Translations under genes and position numbers: made by a program | Origin: the human T2T-CHM13v2.0 reference genome, Homo sapiens | Strand: one strand, 5' to 3' | Length of the DNA stretch: 64,000 nucleotides | Assembly (NCBI RefSeq): GCF_009914755.1 | Contig: NC_060932.1 | The notes under the pieces: model-generated | What the model saw: the letters and a program-made list of their open reading frames with translations, nothing else | Database searches by the model: none | Told to the model about the DNA's origin: nothing | Shown here: positions 16,426 through 34,166 of the stretch, piece by piece | How the letters are laid out: each line of letters opens with the position of its first letter | Position numbering within the stretch: position 1 is the first letter of the stretch

Positions 16426-16959
16426 CCCGCATTGCTCTTTTTACAGATAAGAAAACTGAGGTCAGTGAGGTTTGGTGTTACTTGGTGTGGGACAGAGTCA
16501 CTCCTTTTTGTTTCAAACCCAGCACCTTGGATCCTGCCCAGGCGGCCCCATAAAAGGAACTGCTCCCGGCTGGGATATGCTTTGGGCTACTGTGTGCCCA
16601 TGTGCGGTCACACCTCGAGGACATATGAACATGTCCCGCTCCTACCATTCGTCTAGGGACAGAGTGACATTGCTCTAGAGAACACTAAAAGTCTTGCACT
16701 TCTGTCCCGTTTTGTTGTTGTTATTTTTAAATTGGAAATACAAGACCATTCTCCCCCCCAACTCCCATATCCCCCATCAAGCCCTCAATAAACTGGTTGC
16801 ATTTGCATGTAAAACATGTATATTCGATATGTACATATCACATCATATCATATCATAGCTAGCTCTGAAGATGCAGCATAGGAAAGAGACGAGAAGGCTG
16901 TGCCCTCACCCGTGTGGAGAGCTGTGTGAAACGGAGTGGCCTCCAGACACAGCTTTTAT

Positions 16960-17980
<1,021 letters not shown>

Positions 17981-19052
17981 TCCTGTATTTTTTAAAAAAT
18001 AATTTTAACACCTAAAGCGCTGCTAAAATGTCCAAAGTTAATTGACATCCTGCAGCGTCCCCATGAACTCCATTAAAAAAATTTATTCAAGTGAAATTCA
18101 CACACCATAAAATCATCTTAAAACAAACCATTTAGTACCAGCACATTCACAATGCTGTGCTCGCCCCTCTTTTGGTGTCAGTACTTTATGGTTTATAAAT
18201 TATGTTTGTTTCTATTTTCTCGTTTGGTCTTCACAGTGTCCCTGAGAGTTAGAGCAGTAAACCCGTTTCACAGGAACATGCAGGGAAGGAGGGTAACGTG
18301 CTCTGAGCCCACATGCAGTAAGCACTGACCGTGTTTGCAAGTTTCTTTTATCCAATCCGAGCTTTGCTTTCCTCGACTCTGATGTGGGGCAGTGCTGCCT
18401 ACTGGGGCAGATGTTCCTGCTGGCTGGGCTCTCCTTGCACCTCTCTTCTTCTCTAGGTCCCCTCATCTGCTCATCTGCCTCGATGTGACTTCCACCTTTG
18501 AGTTTGATTGCTAGTCATCTCCACCTCGTATCTCCAAACCCATTAGCAATTTTTCAAGGATGGGACAAAGCTTTCCGTAGGCACTTTGGAAGGACCTGTG
18601 GCATGAGAGACGGGAGCGTATTAAAAAGTGCAGAACTGGGAGCCCCTCAGAGGTCATCTGGCCCAATTATCTGGTTTTAAGGAGGAGGAAAAGGGGGCAT
18701 AAAGGAGTGGATTGCAAGCTCTGTGCACTGCTGGAGCTCTCTTCCTTAAAGCATTTGGCCTCTTGGTGATAAAGGGACAGCAGAGACCTGCTCTCGCGTG
18801 AGCCTTACTGGGTCCTGGTGGCAAGAGCTGCCATGTGTTTACCTCCCTTGGATCTTGACCACTGCCCCTCAGGAAGTCACGGCTTAGGGCTGTTGAGCTC
18901 ACCTGTCACACAGCAACACACAGGAGCCAGACTCAGGCCCTGTGTGCCCTCAGGGAGTGGCTCATGGCTCCAGCCCGGGTTGAGAGCGCCTCTCCTGCAT
19001 GCTGGGGACTCTAGGTGACGGATTCAGGCTGTGTGCTTTGCAGAGGCTGCTA

Positions 19053-19440
<388 letters not shown>

Positions 19441-20229
19441 TCAGAGACTATAACAACTGTGGCCTCAGCTCACCGATGAGAGCCACCGATGGTAGGCAGC
19501 CTCCAGGCCTGGGGGAGAACCAGCAGATCCTCACCATCTTTAGGTTAATAAGTGAAATAAAACCTGTGAGTCAGGCTGCAGTCACGGCCTCACCCGGCTC
19601 AGGGAAGGAGGGAGAAATTCCTCAGGGCTCCCTTTTCTGATGTTGCCTTGCTTTGTACTTACTGTTCCTTTTCCTGTTCAGCTGATGACAGATGTTTGAC
19701 ATTAAGCATTTTAGAGTTTTGTTTTTTAGAAAATAGAATCATAGATTATCAGAAGTGGAAGTCCCTTTGGAATAATTTCCCCTGGGTTACACAGATGGCT
19801 ATGGCAGGGTCAAGGGAGGGGACGGTCAGCGGGGACTGAGCGCAGGCCCCCTCCAGGCTCTGCAGCAATGACCAGGCAGCAAGCCGGCCTCCCGGGCTTG
19901 TGGGCTGTCCTCTTTCTCTGGGGTCAGCCTGAGGCTGGAAGAGGCCCGTGGCCCACCGGGCATCAGGCCAAGCCTGGAGCTGACCAGGGAAGGGCCCTGC
20001 CAGGCCTTGGGCCTCTGACCCTCAGTCCTGAAGCCTCCCTCTAGCGGCGCCCACCCTGCTCCTTTTCCTGCTGAATTTTACTCAAGTCCGTACTTGAGTA
20101 TGGCCGGCCCTAGGTTAACCCCGCAGAGTTATTAACCAGGAGTGGCTCTTTCCACCCCCCCTTCCCGCCGGCCCTTCCTGCTGTCCACACCCGGCCAACT
20201 CCACTGTCCTGGCAAGGGAGGGCTTCCTG

Positions 20230-21490
20230 GAGGCGGCAGCGGGCGGCGCGTCCGGCCTTTGTCCCCCCACGCTCTCCAGGGTAGGTCCAGGGACTGCCAG
20301 ATCAGGGGACCCTTTGCGTCCTGGAGCCTTGGGGGCTGGATGACGTCGCCGGGCACCTGAGGACCCCGCCCATTCCTCCCTCGGTTCCCCAGGGAGCGGG
20401 CGGCCGGCGGGGCTGGGCGGGGCCGAAGGAAGGGGCCGCTTGCTCCGACGCCGCGCACGCGCCAGGGCCCGCAGGCGGGTTAGGAAATGACGACCGCGCG
20501 CGGGTCTCCAGCAGCACCCGCCCTAGGACCGGCCCCGCCCCCAAGTCCCGGTCCCTAGGGCCGGGCACGCCACTCCAGGCCCCGCCCAGAACCTCCCCGC
20601 CCAGTCAAGCCCCGCCCCCAAACTCTGTCTCCCCGCGGTATCCTCTGGGGCTCTCCAGGCCCCGCCTCGGCTCGGGCCCCACCCCTCCAGGCCCCGCCTC
20701 CAGCCCCGCCCCGCAGACGGCGCTCGCAGCGCCCCCGGCCCCCAGGCGGCGCGGCTGGTCCCCAGGGGTCTGCGGGCGACTGCGCGGCTGAGGCGCCCGA
20801 GTGCGGTACTGGCGGCGGGCGGCGGGCAGCCATGGCGGAGGCCGCGTCGCCGCACTTGTCGCTGCCCTCGGGGCTGCTGGAGCTCTGCGCGCTGCTGGGC
20901 GCCCCCCGGGACAGTCTCCGAAGTCTCGAGCAGGTGAGGGGCGGGGAAACTGAGGCGGACGTGGGCCACGAGTCGGCAGCCGGGACAGCAGTCGGAGAGC
21001 GGGCGCCCGGGTGCCCTGTGGGTTGGCGCGGACTTTCCGAGGGCTGAGTCCCGGTCCCCCGGCGGTGACCCCGCGCGCCTGTGGCCGGGGATCGCGCCCG
21101 AGCTCAGGCAGGTGCCCTGGAGCAGCGCCCTGCTCCCCTCCCCTCTTCTCTCCTCTCCCCGCCCGGGGCCCTTGGTGTGAGACATGTCTTTTGAGAGCTG
21201 CGAACTTGGTCCGCCGGCCGGGAATCTGGGGGTGCCGCCCCTCGGAGAGTCTCTGGGGCCTCTCTCTTCAGTCGCTCCCATCTTGGGCAGGTGCTTCTGA
21301 AGGTGGGGTGCACCAGACAACGGGCGGAAGCCGCCGGAGCCTCACGGTCTAGCGGGCCCAGCCCTCGCTGCTGAAATGATTTCATTCTTTATGCTGGGAT
21401 GTGTTGTCCCCTGAGTAGTGGGTTTTGCACCAGGCACAGAATAACGAGAGAGCAATCTTAGAGTTAGCCGCCGGCCTCGCGTATTCTGCA
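20230..21490 (+). promoter_or_regulatory. CpG-island promoter of DENND3 with clustered GC boxes
   Basis: Very GC- and CpG-rich; repeated GCCCCGCCC/GGCCCCGCCTC at 20530-20712; CRE-like TGACGTCG at 20341; no obvious TATA box; spans exon 1. Confidence 0.9.
20832..20933 (+). CDS. DENND3: DENND3 coding exon 1 (MAEAASPHLSLPSGLLELCALLGAPRDSLRSLEQ)
   Basis: ATG in strong Kozak context (GCAGCCATGG) inside the CpG island; donor CAG|GTGAGG; 102 nt, phase 0; N-terminal uDENN-type sequence. Confidence 0.95.
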
Positions 21491-22281
21491 TGAACCCCTT
21501 TGCGATGAAGCCTATAGCTATTTTTCTCCCTTGCGGTACCACCCCCACCCCCAACCCTTCCTCCATCTCTGCACCCTCGCAGCCAAAGTGACAACTTCAT
21601 CTCCCTTCTGCTGGGAAAGCGGCAGTTTTGGAAATTCTCGTTTTCCTTTTTCTTCCCCAGCTTTTCTTAATTCTGTAACGCTGGCTTTCCCTGGAATCCA
21701 TCTGTGTCTCTGGTTTCCTCCTGGTCCGCCTGTCTGTGACACCGTGACTGGGTCATGTTACCTAGAGATCCCGGCATCACTGGCCAGCCGTCTGCACAGG
21801 TCCGTTCATCTCTTTGCAGACAACAGCATAGAAAGGCAGAGAGGCTTCTGAGTATTTAAATGACGCTGGGCTATCCAGGGAAAATGAAGACTGCAGGGCA
21901 GAGGGTGTCACCAGGAAAGGCAGATGTTCCTGCAAGTAACCAGATGAATGTCTGTGAGTGTCCGGGGAGTTTCCCCTGCTGGGCGTCAGTACCAAGCCAG
22001 TTTCGACTTCAGTGAAAAAGCATTCTCCTATGGAAATAGTTTCCTCGTTTCCCTCAACTTTTCCTTCCCTTCAACGCCCTGTCATGTCAGTAGATCCCGT
22101 TTGACCTCTGTCTCCTCGCAACGTCATCGATTGATTTGTCTCCCTACCTCGAATTTGCCAGATGGCATCTCCTCCTTTTTCTTCGAATAGGAAGTGACCT
22201 AGTTGCCGCTGTGGTCTCCTCAGCCGTTGAACGTCTTTCCTCTGGGGCAGTTACAACATGGGTGTTAGTTGCTTGGTGTGA

Positions 22282-22506
<225 letters not shown>

Positions 22507-22810
22507 TGAACTAAACACGCTGCAACATTTTCATGTTCCCAGGTCAAGTGAGAGTATGGACAGTCTGCTACTGTGCATGCTTAACTTTGTCCTCTTTACT
22601 CTGTCTTTTGATTCTGTTAGGGGTTTGGCAAAGGGTGGAGAGAAAAGTAGTGAAGGACTAAGAAAATAAGGAGCGTTAGGGGATGGATTCCATTTCTTGG
22701 AGCCATCCTACTTTTAAGGTCAATATTAATGTTATAGTTAACCAAACATATGATTTTATTTATTTAGATGTTTTTTCGGCGGTTCTATTTTGAATGTCCA
22801 AGGCTTTTAA

Positions 22811-23108
<298 letters not shown>

Positions 23109-24296
23109 GCTTTTAAATAATTTTTACCTTGACTTTTACAAATCCCCATTTCTCTGTGGCCCAGGCATTCCTTCTTGATGACACAGGAAAACAGAGGTCC
23201 GGAGGTATGAGGAATATCCAGCTTCATGTTGGATAGTGGAGGGCCCTTTTGTTTCATTTCCTAGAAGGGGGAGTAGTGTTTGTTTTTTTAGGAATGGTGA
23301 CCGAGACTTTGAGAATGCAGGCTAATGTTAGTTACTGTGGTTAGTTACATTCCCCTCCACCCCTTTACTATAGAGCCCTCCCCAACCCCATTATTGGTTG
23401 CTATGGAGACTAGACATAGGTGTGACAGGATCCATTATAAATCCATCACACAGGAGTAGAAAGTGTTCTGAGTACCTTGCGTAGTACAGGTCACCCGCAT
23501 AATTCTTGCGTGTGAAGCTCCATTTTTATGGCTTTTGGTGGACATCGTCCTGACTTTCAGTTTCAGAACAGCACTGGCCAGCTGGCCTTCCTGGGTGATG
23601 GCAGTTCGTGTCCTCTCTTTGCACCGTGCAGTACAATAGCCACTGGCCACATGTGGTCACTGAGCTTGTAGTGTGGCCAGTGAGCTAAGAAACTGGGTTT
23701 AAAATTTCATTTAATTCTAACTAAACAGTTGGAGAGCAATAAAAAAATTGATTAATTTCTGTTTTATTCCCTTAATAATGGCCAATCCTATAGTGAAGAT
23801 GAATTCCACTGTGTACTCTAACTTAGAAATTAACCTGTGACTCAAGTAAATTAGAGTGTTCTGGTTTTTACTTTTGAATTAGCAGTTTTAAAAACCAAAA
23901 TGATGGTTATTGGGTAGGGGTTTAATAAGTCAGCACCTGGGACAGAAGAATGGGAAATGACCTCACCTCCTGCAGCAGACTGGCAGAGGTGACTAGCGTC
24001 TCGGTGGTGGCGGGGTCTGGTTGTTCAGGGCAGCCACAACCTGTATCACCAAGTAACCTTGGAACACTCTTGTGCCAAGACTTCCATTTTTAGGAATTTA
24101 TTCTAGGGAAAGAACTGGGTGCGTGCAAGTGTGTGTCACCGCTCTGTTCAGTGTGGTGAAGACTTGAGAACCACCCACACATCTCTCAGGAGGAGGCTGG
24201 GTCAATACATGACTGAGTTGACACATGCTGTGATATTGTGATACTGTACGGTTGTAAACAGGGAGGTCAGCCACATGAAGTAGTTAAAACAGCTAA

Positions 24297-24780
<484 letters not shown>

Positions 24781-26403
24781 TCTATATTGTTATTTTTAAA
24801 AATGAGATTGTATTGCTTGTCCATTGAGAAAAGACAACAGAGATTTCATTCTGAGAAAAAACAGGTGTATGGTGAACTACTGAATGCCAAGTTGATCGGA
24901 TCTGGGGCACATCATTATAAGTGACTAGAGATAACTAGAGGAATGACAGGTGGGGTGTTGAGTCTAGTGTGATCACCAGTGTTCAGTCCAGGCTGAGCAT
25001 GCCTCTAAGAGATCACCAGGTGCCAGGAGTGTGAATGAGGAGCGATATCGCCTCAGTCATCTTCTCTGCTAAATGTGGGGACAGAGAGGAATACAACACA
25101 ATCTCTGCTCCACCGCATCCCCTCAAATGGAAGGTGGTAAAATACCACTGGGCAGGGCCGAGATGCTCCAGGGGGTGATGAGCTGGGAGGTGGAGGCCTG
25201 GAGGAGCCTGTGGTCCTGGCTGCGGGGTGGCAGAGACCTTCTGCAGTGAGCGTGGGGGGTGGAGGGTCTGCCCCCGTGCAGGTGGAGCAGCGAGGGGCTG
25301 GGGCCTGAGCCCATGGAAGAGCAGGGTCATTGCAGAGGTGCTGTGTGTTCTGAGAACCCCAGGGAGTTTAGTTTTGCTTGGCTTTGGGGGCATCCTGGCT
25401 TAGGGAGCGAGCTGGCCTGCTGCTCAGGGGTGCACTGTCCTGACTCATGCCCACGTATGACACGTGGGAAGATACAGTATCATGATGTGGCGAAACAAAC
25501 ACTCTTTGCTTTCTTCAATGTGGGGATGGGGCTGTGATGCTTCAAGGCTGGGTTGGGGCCACAAAGTATCTGGTTTGCGGTCAGACAGGGACGTCCCTCG
25601 TTGGGAGAGTGGACACAGATGCTAGTGGGGAGCCCTGGGCTGGGTGGGAGGCAGCATCTTCCTCCTTCTCCTGACAGAAACCTCCAAGGCTTTGCTTCTG
25701 GTTACTTGCTACCTGCCTGGAGCCACGGGTCTTGCAGGTGCTTGGTGTGGAAACATGGTGCAGCGGGGCAGCATCGAGCTGATGGAGAGGCTCTCCAGGA
25801 CCAGTGGCTGAGGTGTAGGTCTGCAGGTGGGGCATGGTGGGGCTGGGGCCCGAGGGGCTGGAGTACCAGCTCTGAAGACCCGAACTGCACTGTGTTTGTT
25901 GCAGAGGAGAACACAGGTGGGAGATCAGGCTTTTTGGAAACTAGCAGAAGCTTAATTTTTGAGACCGTAAGTTTAAGGGACCCCAGAGGTGCAGTGGGGG
26001 TGGCAGGAGGCAGTCAGGGGAAGCCTGGGACTGGAAAGAGGTGTGGGCTGGGAATAGGACTTTGGGCTGTGAGTGCTGAGGTCCTTCAGGAGGATGGTGC
26101 GAAGGACCCAGGCCTGGGAGTCGCAACCTGTGAGCAGGACTGAGAAGGGTCTGTAGGGGCCAGAGAGGAGCCATCAGACCAAGGGAAACCAGAAGGGAGG
26201 CGAGATCAAGACAGTTCCAGGATCCAGGAGGAGGGCTGCTCACTCATCTCATATGCTGCCTTGAATGTGCACCATTAGTTGGGTCAGAACTGTCCATTCT
26301 GATGGGAAAGTTTTAGAGAAAGTGACATGTAATTGAGGAAATGGACTTTTCGTGCATGCTACACTAGAGCTTTTAAGTTATAAAATAATATGGATTTCCC
26401 ATA

Positions 26404-26696
<293 letters not shown>

Positions 26697-26975
26697 GGAT
26701 TTCCCATGTTTTGTCCTGGTTCCTACTGATACATTTTTTTCTCCAAATGTAAAGCAATTGTTGACCGAATTTGAGTGATGTAGCGTGCAAATCGTCATAT
26801 AGAGATCAGAGTGTGCTTACTGATGGAAACTGCTGCCGTTGTTGAAATTTCTTCCAGCGTAAGACTCCCCTTTTGTCACTGCTGTGTCTTATTGGAATGT
26901 TGAGTGTTGGCTGTGCGTTTTCTGTCAGCCAAGGTCCCATTTCTCTGGATGGCAGTGCTATCTCCTTTCTTCCTT

Positions 26976-27588
<613 letters not shown>

Positions 27589-28632
27589 TAGGGTCCCTTA
27601 AAGACCCTTGACTACCTGCCTTTGGCCACCTCCTGTCTCTCCATGCCTTGGGTACCCAGGGCCCCTTGCTTCAAGCTTTGCTGTTTCGGGCTAGTTTAGT
27701 ACCAGAACCACTTCCTTCTTGCTCGCAGACTGCAGGGTGTCCACCTTGGAAAGATCTGAAATCAGCCGGGCAGCAGTATTTGTTTTGTCCTAGCTCTGTA
27801 CTAGGAGCTGTATTGGGCATAGTAGTAACATGGAAGAGAGATTGAAGGGATGGCCCATGTGCTTTGTATTATTTTAGGAAAGAATGGGAAGAAAAAAGGC
27901 AAAAATAAAAATTATGCCAAGTTAAAGTTGAGAAGAATTCAGGCCAAATGCCCCCCTTTTATTGATTTGAGGGACTGTTTGGTCAGCCGAGGAAGGGCAC
28001 ATGTCTCATCTGTACCCACCAGTGCTGTTTCTCACTCCATGCGTCCTCCCAGATCAGTGTGGTAGAAAGGAGGCAGCACTGGCCCACGTGGGGGTGTGGA
28101 GGGCGTGGCCCTGGTAAATGTGTATGTGTGGGGTTTGACAATATACAGAGCCTGCCCCCACCCAGGGAGGGCTGAACAGTATATCCATAGGCTCCTGGCA
28201 GCCCCGCTGGGCTGAGTACCGGACCCACATTGTCTCTGTTATTCCCTGTACTCGCCGCTTAAAGGGAAGCTTGGAGGGACAAAGAAGCTTGCTGTCAGGA
28301 GGTGGAGGCACAGCCAGGACTTGAACTCAGGTCTGTGGATCCCAGTCCGCAGCCTGGACGGCAGTGCTTTATAGGAAGGAGGTGAGGTCCTGCTGTCCAT
28401 GTCCACAGCTGAAGAGCCAGGCTCTGCGAGTCTACGTGGCTTCCCTGAACATAGGGCCTGGCAGGTTCCTAAAAGAAGCTTCCCAGGAGCCCTTTACTGT
28501 TAGGAGCCTGAGGCGCCAGTGTTTATGGGCACCGAGGGGAGGAGAAAAACAAGCAGTGAAGCTCAGACAGAAAGGATACCCTCGAACAAGAGCTGAGGCT
28601 GTGGCAGTAACTCTTATTTTTCCCTTTTTTAG

Positions 28633-29434
<802 letters not shown>

Positions 29435-30145
29435 TAAATCATTGCGTGTGGTCCCGGTGTTTTGGAGAATTGAGTCCTGGAAGGGAGTCTGCGTGAACTT
29501 CCAGGTAAAACCATTTGTTCCTGGTGCATTCAAGGCTTTTCCCCTTTGACTTAAAATGAAGTCTTGCAGTGGTTGGCAGATGGATTAAAAATACATCCAG
29601 TTCATCTGCAGCGGTTCCACCCCCAGTGTGCCTGAGCCTCTCCCTTCCACCTCCCGTTTTCCGTTTCACTGGGGCAAGAAGCACAGGCCTGCACTTAGTC
29701 CCCAGGCTCGCCAGTTCCAGTTAACAGGTGAGCTTGCATTTTGGGGCGTTATTTTTCCTGTGGTCTTCAGGAATGTTAAAATGGCCGAGGTAGGAAACTC
29801 AGACGAAGCACCTAGCATAAGCACCCACCTCAGAACTTGGTGCTATTTCCTGGTCACAGGGATTATAAACCTGGGACAGGCGCCAGGTGGGCGGCTGTGC
29901 CCAGCAAGCACTGCCACTGGCTGGCAGGTGCTTGAGAGCTTGTAAAGAAATTGCTGTGTGGGGAGGGACTCAGGGAGGATAGACGGCCGGAGGCGTGATC
30001 GGAAGAATGAACCCGCCTTGGACATGAAGGCACCACCACTGCTAACTGTGGAGGTGTGTCCTAAACACTGTGAAGAAATCAGCTCGTGGGTAACCCAGGC
30101 CACTTGGCAAGAACAGGATTCTTCTCTGTCTCTTTCTGCCTGCAG

Positions 30146-30261
30146 GGGGTGTGTGCGTGGCCACTGAACCTAAGGAGGATTGCGTCCACTTCCTGGTGCT
30201 GACCGATGTCTGCGGGAATAGGACCTATGGCGTGGTGGCCCAGTACTACCGGCCCCTGCAT
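30146..30261 (+). CDS. DENND3: DENND3 exon 3 ([38 protein letters not shown])
   Basis: Acceptor CTGCAG|GG, donor CAT|GTAGGT; 116 nt, phase 1 to 0; resembles the FVLTDxxGxRxYG uDENN signature. Confidence 0.96.
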
Positions 30262-30299
30262 GTAGGTGGTTCCCGTTACTCCCCTCTGAAATTGGGTTT

Positions 30300-31060
<761 letters not shown>

Positions 31061-32027
31061 TGAGCGACTGGCGTTTAGACTTTACAACACATTACATCTG
31101 TCACACATATTGGGAGTGTTGTCTGGGTAGGGCCGTGTGTGTGAATCAGTGGGCCTTTGGGGAACTCGTAGGGGAAACGATGTATCCAAAGGTGCAGGGT
31201 GACCTGCTGCACACGTCCAGAGGGTTTCCCGAAGCAAAAAGCGAGCCGGAGCCTTAATTTAGGTGCCCTGGTGCCATGAAGGGAAGTCTGTGAGTTCCAT
31301 GCAGTCGAGAGAAATGGCTGGCCTGGATTCCCTCGGAGCCCGGGACACGTGTTTTTGTTGGTAGAAGCGTGCTTACACATGTGACATTGAGTGTTGGGAG
31401 GCGTGAGGTATAATCACATGGATTCTGTCCCTGTAAGCTCATGGGGCAGCACAGACAGGCCCGGATGTTCTTAATGAATATGCAGGAGCAAAGCGTACTA
31501 CTTGATGCTCTGAATGCATAATCTTAGGTTTCTGGGAGAGGTCATTTTCACAGTGTGCCAAGAGCAGAACCAAGGTCAGCTCTCGGGCGGTGCATGCAGG
31601 GGACCAGCGTCCGCCTCTGTGACCTGGCTGCCAGCAGCCCCAGGCCTTTCTTCCAGGGTTATGTTAATGGAGGGATGAGAGGAAGGTGCCCCTCCACGTA
31701 GCCAGTGTTCCAGATGAGAAAGGATCCACGATGTTGGATCTTTCAGAAAAGCACCTTGGGAGTTTGCTTGTGAAATAACACTTACCAGGAGCAATGCGCA
31801 TGTTGTTTTCGTTATCATTAAATATAATACATATTAAAAAAAGGAGCAGTCCCTCTGGTTTGCATGAGTACAGCAGATGCCACTGTTCCCAGTGTGCCGG
31901 CCTGGCGTGGGCATGCCTGGTCCTGCTCCTGCCTTCCCAGCAGCTGTGTAGTTTCGGGGTATCCCCAGGTCCCACAGCACTCATCTCTCCTTCTTCACTA
32001 TGTATCCGGATGACGCTATATCTATCG

Positions 32028-32323
32028 TTTTTTTCTTTCTTTTTTTTTTTTGAGACAGTCTCGCTGTGTCACCCAGGCTTTAGTGCAGCGGTGTGATCAC
32101 GGCTCACTGCAGCCTTGAACTCCAGGGCTAGCTCAAGTGATTCTCCCACCTCAGCCTCCTGAGTAGCTGGGACCACAGGTGTGCACCACCATGCCCGGCT
32201 AATTTTTCTTATTTTTTGTAGAGATGAGGTCTTGCTATGTTGCCCATGCTGATCTTGAACTACTGGAATCCTGCCTCAGCCTCCAAAAGTGTTGGGATGA
32301 CAGGTGTGAGCTACATGTCCAGC
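32028..32323 (-). mobile_element. AluJ
   Basis: Antisense Alu; TSD CTATCGTT. Confidence 0.88.
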
Positions 32324-32489
32324 CCCCAACTATCGTTCTATTGATAACACAGCCCCAGCCCCTCTCATACACTCTCCTCTGCCTTTCCACCGACACTACG
32401 TGACTTGAGGGTGGGAACCATATTGTGTCTGGGTAGCTCCAGCTCCTCCCGGGCTACTGTAACAGTAGCAGCAGCAGCCACGCGCGCGT

Positions 32490-32665
32490 GTGAGCAGCTC
32501 AGCACCAGGCATGACGTAAGCACTTTGTGTAGTCATTCATTTAATCCTAACCACAACGAATGAGGTTGGGAGATGACAGATGAGGAAATGGTGGCAGAGA
32601 GAGGTTAAAAGACCTGCCTGAGATGACAGAGCAGGCAGGGTTGGAACTTGAGTAGACTGACCCTA
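32490..32665 (-). mobile_element. MIR fragment
   Basis: CATTTAATCCT...ACAGATGAGGAAA..GGCAGAGAGAGGTTAA MIR core. Confidence 0.65.
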
Positions 32666-33326
32666 GAAAAGTGGATGTTTATTAAATTTTGTTAGATAGA
32701 CAAATGATGTAGCTGACTGTTTCCTGATGTCTCCCTTTACCTGGATATCTTATAAGTACCCTAAATTCAGCAAGTTCTCACACTGAAGCTATCATCATGC
32801 CCTTCCATCCCTACAAAAAACCCCAAACTAACAACACTTCCCCAGTTGGTGAGCCCCAAATACTTTGCCACTTGTAAGTTCCACAGTGTGCTGGGCCTTC
32901 TAGAACCCTGCGGCCGTGGCTCCCACACAGGCTGAGGCCTCTCCTGCTCCGTCCTCCTGGGCACGTGTGGGTGCCGCTTCCTGTGCGTGGCCCCTGCATT
33001 TTCTCCCCTTGTAAAGCAGAGTCCTTTGTGTGTCTTGGGTCTTACTGTGTTCTAATCGTGTGTTCCTTTTTATCTCAAGGCTGTCAGCTTCTCTGGGGCA
33101 GGAATGCATCTTGCTCTCTTTATAGCCTCAGCACCTCAAATGGTGCAAGCACCAAATAGGGACCCCGTAGACTTCGACCGGAGGGCCGGTGCTGGCTTGG
33201 ACGCGTTGCAGGGGTGGGGATGGTGGACTCTCAGCTTGCTGTGTGCTGAAACGTGACCCAGTTGGAAACAGATACTGGAATTGCCAAGGTGGGGAGGTGA
33301 CCATGTCGCTGTTGCTTTTCATGTAG

Positions 33327-33448
33327 GATGAGTACTGTTTCTACAATGGCAAAACGCACCGGGAGTGTCCTGGCTGCTTCGTGCCCTTCGCGGTGTGCGT
33401 GGTCTCCAGGTTTCCCTATTACAACTCCCTCAAGGACTGCCTTTCCTG
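33327..33448 (+). CDS. DENND3: DENND3 exon 4 (DEYCFYNGK...[18 protein letters not shown])
   Basis: Acceptor ATGTAG|GAT, donor CTG|GTGAGC; 122 nt, phase 0 to 2; CxxSRFP core-DENN motif. Confidence 0.96.
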
Positions 33449-33627
33449 GTGAGCTGGGGCACCGGGGGCCAGGGGTGGTAGGGGGCAGCTCTTTGTGCCT
33501 CTCCAGGTGAGCCAAGGGACCAGGGGGCTGGAGGTGGTGGGGGGGCAGCTCTCTGTTCCTCTCCTGGTGAGCCGGGGGACCGGGCGCTGGGGGCAGTAGG
33601 AGGGGCAGTTCTCTGTGCCTCTTAGGC
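33440..33627. repeat. G-rich ~59-bp tandem repeat x3 overlapping the exon 4 donor
   Basis: Units begin GGTGAGC (GT at 33449, 33507, 33567) and end GGGGCAG..CT.TGT.CCTCT. Confidence 0.85.
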
Positions 33628-33883
33628 TGTTGCTTAAGGCTGGGGGCAGTGGGCAGGGGGTGTGGCAGCGGGCGCTCCTCTCTGTGACTGGTAACATACG
33701 GTAATGGCATGGTAGGAAAGGGATGAAGCCACACTGTTGGAAGTAAGGTTGATGTTCAGGATTTTCATTTTGTTTAGTTTTTCACAAAAAGGCATATATT
33801 AGGAAAAACTCTTTTCCTAGCTGAGAATATTAGGAGGCTGCTGTTTGTTCCAATGAGTTTTATTGACATTTTAAAGATGACCT

Positions 33884-34166
33884 TGGCTGGGTGTGGTGGC
33901 TCACACCTGTAATCCCAGCATATTGGGAGACTAAGATGGGAGGACTGCTTGAGCCGAGGGGTTTGAGACAAGCCTAGGGAACATAGCAATACCCTGTCTC
34001 TAAAAAACAATTTAAAAACTAGTTGGGCATGGTGGTGTGTGCCTGTAGTCCCAGCTACTGGGAAGGCTAACGCAGGAGGATGGCTTAAGCCTAGGAGTTC
34101 AAGGCTGCAGTGAGCTGTGATTGCACCACCACACTCCAGCCTAGGTTACAGAGCAGGACCCTGTCA
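33884..34166 (+). mobile_element. AluJ
   Basis: Sense Alu without a long A tail. Confidence 0.88.

Noticed and set aside
20523-21320. 265-aa antisense ORF over exon 1
   Set aside because: GC-rich CpG island depleted of stop codons; low-complexity G/R/P/A peptide.
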